A stretch of 64,000 bases of DNA from a virus (Duplodnaviria > Caudoviricetes), in IMG/VR virus record IMGVR_UViG_3300025671_008697; one strand, written 5' to 3'. The notes under the pieces are model-generated. The model was not told where the DNA came from, made no database searches, and saw only the letters and a list, made by a program, of their open reading frames with translations. The translations under genes and the position numbers were made by a program. Below, piece by piece: positions 57,941 to 64,000 of the stretch (position 1 is the stretch's first letter; each line of letters opens with the position of its first letter).

Positions 57941-59033
57941 TTTTAGATTTACTAGTAGTAGTACCAAGTCTAGATATCAAAATTATTTTAATTTTGACTT
58001 CGGGTTATGGGGTATTCCGGACGGTGTAAGCAAAGCAAGGTATGGAAAAGATTCATCTGAACTTTTAATCCATACCGCTTCAATAATTTCAGATGGACCG
58101 TTATTGGGAGAAGAAACAGAAAACTTTGAAACAGTTACTGATAAGAGAAGTGTCGATATTTTAGAAACAGTAAACAAAAAAAATAAAAAATTAGCAATTT
58201 TTTGGAGTGGAGGAATAGACAGTTCTGTTATGATTTCTTCAATTTTAAAAAATTGGTCTACTCATGATCAAAAAAACGTAGTTGTTTTTCTAAATGACTA
58301 CAGTCTTGTAGAAAACCCTATATTCTTCCATAAAGTTATTAAGAAAAAGTTGAAGTATCAACTTTTTAATAATTTAAAGTCTTTTCCTAAGTTAAACAAT
58401 TATATTGTAACAGACGGAGAACTAGCAGACAAGCTTTGGATTCCGCAAATGGCTATAAACTATTCGTATATCTATGGAGATAATTCTGCCCAGAATCTGT
58501 GGAGCAACGAAAAAGATAATTTTATCGATTTTCTAACGACTAATTACTTGAAAGATTCTGCAACAAAAATTATAGAAAGAATAGAATATAATATCCAATC
58601 TTTAAATTTTGAAAAATTATCTTTAAAAGACATTTTAGGTTGGATAAACTTTAATTTTTTCTGGCAGCAAATTTATTTGTCTAGATATCAGTTATTGACT
58701 GATCCTTCACCCGAATCTTTTAAAGAATATAAAGAAAATTACATTCCATGGTACTGTAGCAATGATTATCAGAAATGGGCTTGGGCACCATCAACTAGAG
58801 CAATGATTAATCAAAGCGGCTTAAAAAAATACAAGGACACTGCTAAAAAATACATACATGGTATTGTTAAAGATAAAATATTCGAATACAAAACTAAAGT
58901 CCCATCAAAATTAAGTTCTACCAATTTTTATTCCGAAAATATAATTTTTGAAGATGGCTCAGTAATTAAAACAAACAGTGATAATTACGAAGAATTATTT
59001 TATCAGCACTTATTAGAAAGAAAAAATGCATAA
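57909..59033 (+). CDS. Asparagine synthase-like PP-loop protein
   Basis: FWSGGIDSS, VTDGELAD, YQKW, YKDTAKKYI; AT-rich. Confidence 0.65.
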   Translation: MARIIYFPWNNFRFTSSSTKSRYQNYFNFDFGLWGIPDGVSKARYGKDSSELLIHTASIISDGPLLGEETENFETVTDKRSVDILETVNKKNKKLAIFWSGGIDSSVMISSILKNWSTHDQKNVVVFLNDYSLVENPIFFHKVIKKKLKYQLFNNLKSFPKLNNYIVTDGELADKLWIPQMAINYSYIYGDNSAQNLWSNEKDNFIDFLTTNYLKDSATKIIERIEYNIQSLNFEKLSLKDILGWINFNFFWQQIYLSRYQLLTDPSPESFKEYKENYIPWYCSNDYQKWAWAPSTRAMINQSGLKKYKDTAKKYIHGIVKDKIFEYKTKVPSKLSSTNFYSENIIFEDGSVIKTNSDNYEELFYQHLLERKNA

Positions 59034-59466
59034 ACCAATTAAAATATTAATCATGGGTTTGCCTGGAAGCGGCAAGACTACCTTAGCAAAGCCTTTTGCA
59101 GAATTATTAGGCGCAGTACATTTAAATGCGGATGCTATCAGAACAGAATATGATGACTGGGATTTTTCGCCCGAAGGTAGAATTAGGCAGGCCATGCGTA
59201 TGCGTTATCTGGCGGATGGAGTAGTGAAAGCAGGTAAGATAGCAGTAGCAGATTTTGTATGCCCTACAGAAAAATCTAGACTGGAATTTGGCCCCGACTT
59301 TACTGTGTGGATGGATACTATTAAAGAAGGAAGATTTGAAGACACAAATCGCATGTTTGAGCCTCCAGCAAATTATAATTATCATGTTGCTGAATGGTTT
59401 GATGATACGGATGAACAACTCGTACAAGTTATATCAGAATATATGAAGAGAAACAATAATGTTTGA
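59026..59466 (+). CDS. Adenylylsulfate kinase-like protein (CysC family)
   Basis: MGLPGSGKTTLA, LNADAIR, DFSPEGRIRQA, ADFVCP, FEPP. Confidence 0.8.
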   Translation: MHKPIKILIMGLPGSGKTTLAKPFAELLGAVHLNADAIRTEYDDWDFSPEGRIRQAMRMRYLADGVVKAGKIAVADFVCPTEKSRLEFGPDFTVWMDTIKEGRFEDTNRMFEPPANYNYHVAEWFDDTDEQLVQVISEYMKRNNNV

Positions 59467-59869
59467 TTGGAAAAAACCAACTACACAGATGTTAGGTAGG
59501 TGGCAACCGTGGCATGATGGCCACACTGCCCTATTTAAAAAAGCACTAATGGAAACAGGCCAAGTCTGTATTATGATTCGGGACGTTGGTGGTATAGTAG
59601 GCGAAGATGCAGGCGGCGGACGTACAGTTGCACAAGACGATAATCCATTTGATTTTGAAACTGTTAAAAATAATATTATTGAAGGTTTAGGAAAAGAAGG
59701 ATTTGTTTACAACAAAGATTATATTATTATGCTTGTTCCTAATATTGTTGATATTAGTTATGGTCGTGGGGTTGGATACACGTTCACCCAACATGATTTG
59801 GGTGAGGAAATTCACGCAATTAGTGCAACACAGATTAGAAAAAAATTAAGAGAAGGAGGCAAAATCTAA
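59459..59869 (+). CDS. HxGH nucleotidyltransferase (cytidylyltransferase-like)
   Basis: GRWQPWHDGH, NPF, ISYGRGVGY, ISATQIR. Confidence 0.8.
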   Translation: MFDWKKPTTQMLGRWQPWHDGHTALFKKALMETGQVCIMIRDVGGIVGEDAGGGRTVAQDDNPFDFETVKNNIIEGLGKEGFVYNKDYIIMLVPNIVDISYGRGVGYTFTQHDLGEEIHAISATQIRKKLREGGKI

Positions 59870-60026
59870 TGTTACTTCCTGACTTATGTGTCAACAGTAA
59901 AAAATTTTTTAACTCTGATTACTGCGGCATAGATTCTTATAAGGAATGTCAGGATAAAGAGCACTTTAAGAACTTTCTGTACATTGTAAATTGCAACATA
60001 ATTATCAGGTGGAAATAAAGTAAGTC

Positions 60027-60752
60027 TTATGATGTGAGAAGATTTTTTAGGTAATCATTGTGTAATGATAGCCAAAACTTATTATGATCAATGTTGTCTT
60101 GTTTTATTTTATAATTTAATGGTTCAAGTAAAGATTGACCCGAAGTTTTTATAATATCTTGTAATTTTAAAACTAAGTCGGCCGATAAAAAATTTTCTAA
60201 TTTATAATCTACTTTTTGCTTGCAATATGTTATAGTGTTATAATTGTTTAAATCTACATCCTCATGGTTAAAACCATGAGCTTTTTTAAAAAACGCAAGT
60301 TGTTTTTGTGTGTCCCAATCAGTATATAATAATATTTGAAAATCATTTTTATGAAATGTATAATCTTCGATGCTGGGATTACAATAAAAAAATAACTTAT
60401 TATTATAGCAGGATGTTTTTGTTTCTTCGTTTAAAGGCCATATTTCTGTTTTTTTCCAATTTTCTATATTATTAATATTCCAATGAATTTCATAAATTTT
60501 TGGTAGTAATTTATAATACTTTTGGTAAAAAAATAGGTTATTCAATAAACGCATTTCTTTTAAAATGTCTTCAGTCAATTCTGCATAGTTTTCTGGAAGA
60601 TTTTTCGGCCAGCCTGATCCCTTAATAGTTTCGTAGTTTTCTAAGATTAATTTCTTACTTGCGAATTCGCATTTAAATTTAGTTCCTAACAATATATGCC
60701 ATAAAGCATAAAAACCACCACTCCCCCCAAAATAATACAAAGCAACATTCAT
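60027..60752 (-). CDS. Hypothetical protein, possibly sulfotransferase-like (AT-rich)
   Basis: N-terminal YYFGGSGGF loop; TAAATA 6 nt upstream on the - strand. Confidence 0.5.
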   Translation of the reverse strand: MNVALYYFGGSGGFYALWHILLGTKFKCEFASKKLILENYETIKGSGWPKNLPENYAELTEDILKEMRLLNNLFFYQKYYKLLPKIYEIHWNINNIENWKKTEIWPLNEETKTSCYNNKLFFYCNPSIEDYTFHKNDFQILLYTDWDTQKQLAFFKKAHGFNHEDVDLNNYNTITYCKQKVDYKLENFLSADLVLKLQDIIKTSGQSLLEPLNYKIKQDNIDHNKFWLSLHNDYLKNLLTS

Positions 60753-60801
60753 GGCAAATATTTATAGGCATGCCTGTTATTGTATTTGATAAATATCTTG
60801 T

Positions 60802-61326
60802 ATGGCCACTAATATTAAATCAGTACTTGACAACGTCAAGAAAATCTACATGACAGACAGCGTACTTGAAAGTTTGCTGGACTACGAGCGTGTACTTGAC
60901 GAACTGGATCTGTACACATTTGCTAACTGGAAAACCGGCGAATTGCTGGCTGGGCCGGACTACGAAAAATACTTTGTAACCTGCAAGTGGATGTTTAGAT
61001 ATCGCGAAATGCCCGATCCAGCAGGTGCTGAACGTTTACTAAATTATGGCTGTGAAGTAACCTACGAGAAGGATATGTTAGAATATCCAGTTGAAGTCAA
61101 AACCCCAGATGACTTTAAGCCAGGTACAAAAGTTCCTAAACTAGTCAGCACCCCAATTTGGGTAGTTACAATTACCATGCCTAAACGTTTGATGAGCGAC
61201 ATTCAAGCAGGTGCTCTAGAACTTGAGAACGAAACACTGGACATGGAAGACGTTGAGGACGCTTACGAAGACGGACTTGACCAAGTACAACAAACAGGAA
61301 TAAACAATGAGCAACCAGCTATTTGA
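60802..61326 (+). CDS. Late-expressed hypothetical protein
   Basis: TAAATA 60790-60795; LLDYERVLDELDLY, PDPAGAERL. Confidence 0.7.
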   Translation: MATNIKSVLDNVKKIYMTDSVLESLLDYERVLDELDLYTFANWKTGELLAGPDYEKYFVTCKWMFRYREMPDPAGAERLLNYGCEVTYEKDMLEYPVEVKTPDDFKPGTKVPKLVSTPIWVVTITMPKRLMSDIQAGALELENETLDMEDVEDAYEDGLDQVQQTGINNEQPAI

Positions 61327-61858
61327 AGGTCTTGAAGAAGGCGACTTGGCAAGACTGGTCAGCAATGTCTATAGTATTGATGAGTTTAAAAGCAAGATGG
61401 GCGATGATGCTGACATCATTGTACTAGGGTTTGTTGTTGATGATAAAAACCCTGCAATGGATTTAATGAACTTTGTTGAACGTGGATACGATTTTGTCTT
61501 AGACGCAGATGTAAGTGCAGGTGAGGCACAAAACGGCGAGTACATGGTATTCGTTGAAATGGAACGCAACGAAGATGCACCTGAACATATTCACCAGTTA
61601 ATCAGTGATATTACAAACCTAACAGACATAGACATGGCGGATTGGGAATTTAAGTATCGCAAAAGCAACACCAAATACGACTGCACAGAAGAAAACATTG
61701 CTAGAATTGTTCCCTTAACTGCACGTCAATACAGAGCAAAGTTTGGAGCAGATGATGAACTTAATGCCATGCGTGAATCAGCCCGTGTTCCTATGAAGTC
61801 ATTGGGCGAGCCTGACAAATTTAAAGAACAAATTCAAATAGCAGCTGGCATCAGATAA
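61307..61858 (+). CDS. Hypothetical protein
   Basis: IDEFKSKMGDD, VERGYDFVLDADVS. Confidence 0.7.
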   Translation: MSNQLFEGLEEGDLARLVSNVYSIDEFKSKMGDDADIIVLGFVVDDKNPAMDLMNFVERGYDFVLDADVSAGEAQNGEYMVFVEMERNEDAPEHIHQLISDITNLTDIDMADWEFKYRKSNTKYDCTEENIARIVPLTARQYRAKFGADDELNAMRESARVPMKSLGEPDKFKEQIQIAAGIR

Positions 61859-62012
61859 CAACATTGCTAAATACAGCAAATGTTGAGTAAACTCGAAAAA
61901 AACGCATCACAAGTTGTAAAACCCACAGCAAAATCAGTGCAAAAGCCATGGTACTTTATCAGCGTGGGCGTAGGTACTCAAGCACAGCCACTGAGAAAAG
62001 GAGCACAAAAAA

Positions 62013-62891
62013 ATGGCAACTGAATTTGAATTTGATTTTACAAAAGAACACCTAGCAGAAATTATATCTGCTGACGCAGATGATTGGTATGATGCACTGT
62101 GCGAACTGTTACCTAAATATGGTATTACCACAGAGCGCAGAGTAGCGCACTTTCTTAGCCAGTGTGCTCATGAATCAGCAGGCTTTAAGCGTCTAGAAGA
62201 AAATTTAAATTACAGTGCCAAGGCACTACGTGCAGTATTTGGTCGTTATTTTGGTGAACCACCCAAGCGTGACGCAGACGAATATCATCGTCAACCTGAA
62301 ATGATTGCCAACTACGTGTACATGGACGAGTTCCGCAAGTACAAAATGGGCAACGTTAATGAAGGTGATGGTTGGCTATTCCGTGGCCGAGGACTCAAGC
62401 AGTTGACAGGGCGTGAAAACTACACACGTTTCGGTGCCAGCGTAGACATGACTGCAGAAGAAGCAGCAGAGTATGTGGCAACTCCTGCGGGTGCTATTGA
62501 AAGTGCCTGCTGGTTCTGGGACGCAAACAACTTAAACGATATTGCAGACAGTGACGATGTCAAGCGTATGACTAAAAAGATCAACGGTGGTACTATTGGA
62601 CTTGAAGACCGTCAAAAACGTTATGTGCATGCCATGAAAGTGTTAGGCATGAGTGCAGAAGAAATAGCAGCAGATGATGACGACGAAGTAGAGATAGAAG
62701 ATATCGGTGTACTACGTAAAGGCTGCAGAGGTGACGGTGTCAAGATGATGCAGGCTGCATTAGGTCTAGATGCTGACGGTGTGTTTGGTCCCGGCACAGA
62801 ACGTGCATTGAAGCAATGGCAGACAGACAACGGTTTAACTGCTGACGGTATTGCAGGTCCTAAGACTTTAGAAAAACTTTTAGAGGACTGA
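62013..62891 (+). CDS. Endolysin: GH19 catalytic domain plus C-terminal peptidoglycan-binding domain
   Basis: AHFLSQCAHESAG, LEENLNYS, FRGRGLKQLTGRENY, TKKINGG; LRKG...DGVFGPGT...DGIAGPKT. Confidence 0.93.
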   Translation: MATEFEFDFTKEHLAEIISADADDWYDALCELLPKYGITTERRVAHFLSQCAHESAGFKRLEENLNYSAKALRAVFGRYFGEPPKRDADEYHRQPEMIANYVYMDEFRKYKMGNVNEGDGWLFRGRGLKQLTGRENYTRFGASVDMTAEEAAEYVATPAGAIESACWFWDANNLNDIADSDDVKRMTKKINGGTIGLEDRQKRYVHAMKVLGMSAEEIAADDDDEVEIEDIGVLRKGCRGDGVKMMQAALGLDADGVFGPGTERALKQWQTDNGLTADGIAGPKTLEKLLED

Positions 62892-62892
62892 C

Positions 62893-63057
62893 ATGTTTAC
62901 ACAATGGATAAAAGATAGAATCAGTGAACGCACCAGCTGGAATGGTGCAGCACTGATTGTAATGGGATTATTAGCAGTTTTTGCTGCCAACTTGGCAAAG
63001 TTAGTTGGTGGCATCGCAGTTCTATATGGTATCTGGACCATATGGAAAAAAGGTTAA
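62893..63057 (+). CDS. Small two-TM protein, holin-like (54 aa), not in ORF track
   Basis: Hand translation; directly after endolysin; GAGG SD. Confidence 0.55.
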   Translation: MFTQWIKDRISERTSWNGAALIVMGLLAVFAANLAKLVGGIAVLYGIWTIWKKG

Positions 63058-63087
63058 TCGATTAGTTTTAGATTCAAAGGAGAAAAA

Positions 63088-64000
63088 ATGAAAAAACTAT
63101 TTGTAGCACTAGTGGCTAGCGTAATCGGCTTGGCTGTTATTCCAACACAGGCCAAAGATCCAATCAAAGCAGCATGGGTATATGTTGGACCTGTAGGAGA
63201 TGCAGGTTGGACATTTGCACATGACCAAGGCCGTAAGGCAGTAGTAGCCAGATTTGGCGATGCTGTACAAACCACGTATGTAGAAAACGTGCCTGAGGGT
63301 GCCGACGCTGAGCGTGTGATTCGTGATCTTGCTCGTCAAGGTAACGATATCATCTTTGCTACATCGTTTGGTTTTATGGACCCAATGCTAAAAGTAGCAA
63401 AGGAATTCCCCAAAGTAAAATTTGAGCATGCCACAGGTTACAAGACTTCAAAAAATATGCGTCTATATGATGCCAGTTTTTATCACGACACCTACATGGC
63501 AGGTATTATTGCAGGCACAATGACCAAAACAAATACCTTAGGTTTTGTTGGTAGTTTTCCTATTCCAGAAGTATTACGCAATATCAATGCATATACCTTA
63601 GGAGCACAATCAGTAAATCCTAACGTCAAAGTAAAAGTTGTTTGGGTTAATACTTGGTTTGATCCTCCCAAGGAAACAGATGCCGCCCAGAGTCTAATTA
63701 ATGCAGGTGCTGACGTACTATTGCAAAACACAGACAGTACAGCTGTGCTACAGACTGCTGATAAGAACGGCAAGTATGCATTTGGTTGGGACAGTGACAT
63801 GAGTAAGTTTGCTGGCAAGGCGCACCTGGGCTCCGCCATTGCCAACTGGGGTCCATACTATATTCAGGCAATTGAAGAACTCAAGGCTGGCACTTGGAAA
63901 ACCAAGCGTACAGTATGGGGTGTTAAAGAAGGCTTGAATGACCTTATCAAAATCAGCAAAGAAGTTCCAGCAGACGCTGTTGCCCGTGTAAATAAAGTTA
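63088..64000 (+). CDS. BMP family ABC-transporter substrate-binding protein (3'-truncated by window end)
   Basis: Hand translation: signal peptide, YVGPVGDAGWTFAHDQGR, VENVPEG, FATSFGF, FEHATGYK, WFDPPKE; AAGGAG SD. Confidence 0.9.
   Translation, partial: MKKLFVALVASVIGLAVIPTQAKDPIKAAWVYVGPVGDAGWTFAHDQGRKAVVARFGDAVQTTYVENVPEGADAERVIRDLARQGNDIIFATSFGFMDPMLKVAKEFPKVKFEHATGYKTSKNMRLYDASFYHDTYMAGIIAGTMTKTNTLGFVGSFPIPEVLRNINAYTLGAQSVNPNVKVKVVWVNTWFDPPKETDAAQSLINAGADVLLQNTDSTAVLQTADKNGKYAFGWDSDMSKFAGKAHLGSAIANWGPYYIQAIEELKAGTWKTKRTVWGVKEGLNDLIKISKEVPADAVARVNKV

Noticed and set aside
63492-63845. Minus-strand ORF in the track, and similar antisense or off-frame ORFs
   Set aside because: Shadow of the + strand BMP gene; the other short antisense ORFs overlap well-supported genes and lack motifs

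Overview
A 64-kb, densely coded segment of a large T4-like (myovirus/jumbo-type) dsDNA phage genome, read with the standard code and mostly on the + strand. Phage evidence: TAAATA late promoters, sigma70-type early promoters, baseplate/tail genes, RFC-like clamp loader, GroES, PhoH, MazG, DNA ligase, DnaE-type polymerase genes and a GH19 endolysin. The host is probably a freshwater-type Betaproteobacterium (inference from the porin, TctC/TctA, rubrerythrin, DUF2970 and tmRNA tag). Highlights: (1) a circularly permuted two-piece tmRNA (tag ANDEVFALAA) whose acceptor piece is read through by the upstream ORF, ending PPPPP-stop exactly at the CCA; (2) PeSL-like promoter cassettes sharing a 16-bp near-palindromic box abutting the -35; (3) a 557-aa mini-DnaE plus a separate DnaE fragment; (4) a ParB-like/GIY-YIG-like/REase-like/MTase operon; (5) a DUF1415-like/Arg-tRNA-transferase-like/amidinotransferase/DUF6614 cluster; (6) a TctC-TctA/sulfotransferase-like/APS-kinase island; (7) a seven-bladed FG-GAP propeller inside a baseplate protein; (8) an array of small paralogs. 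All family assignments come from motif recognition by eye; no database search was run.
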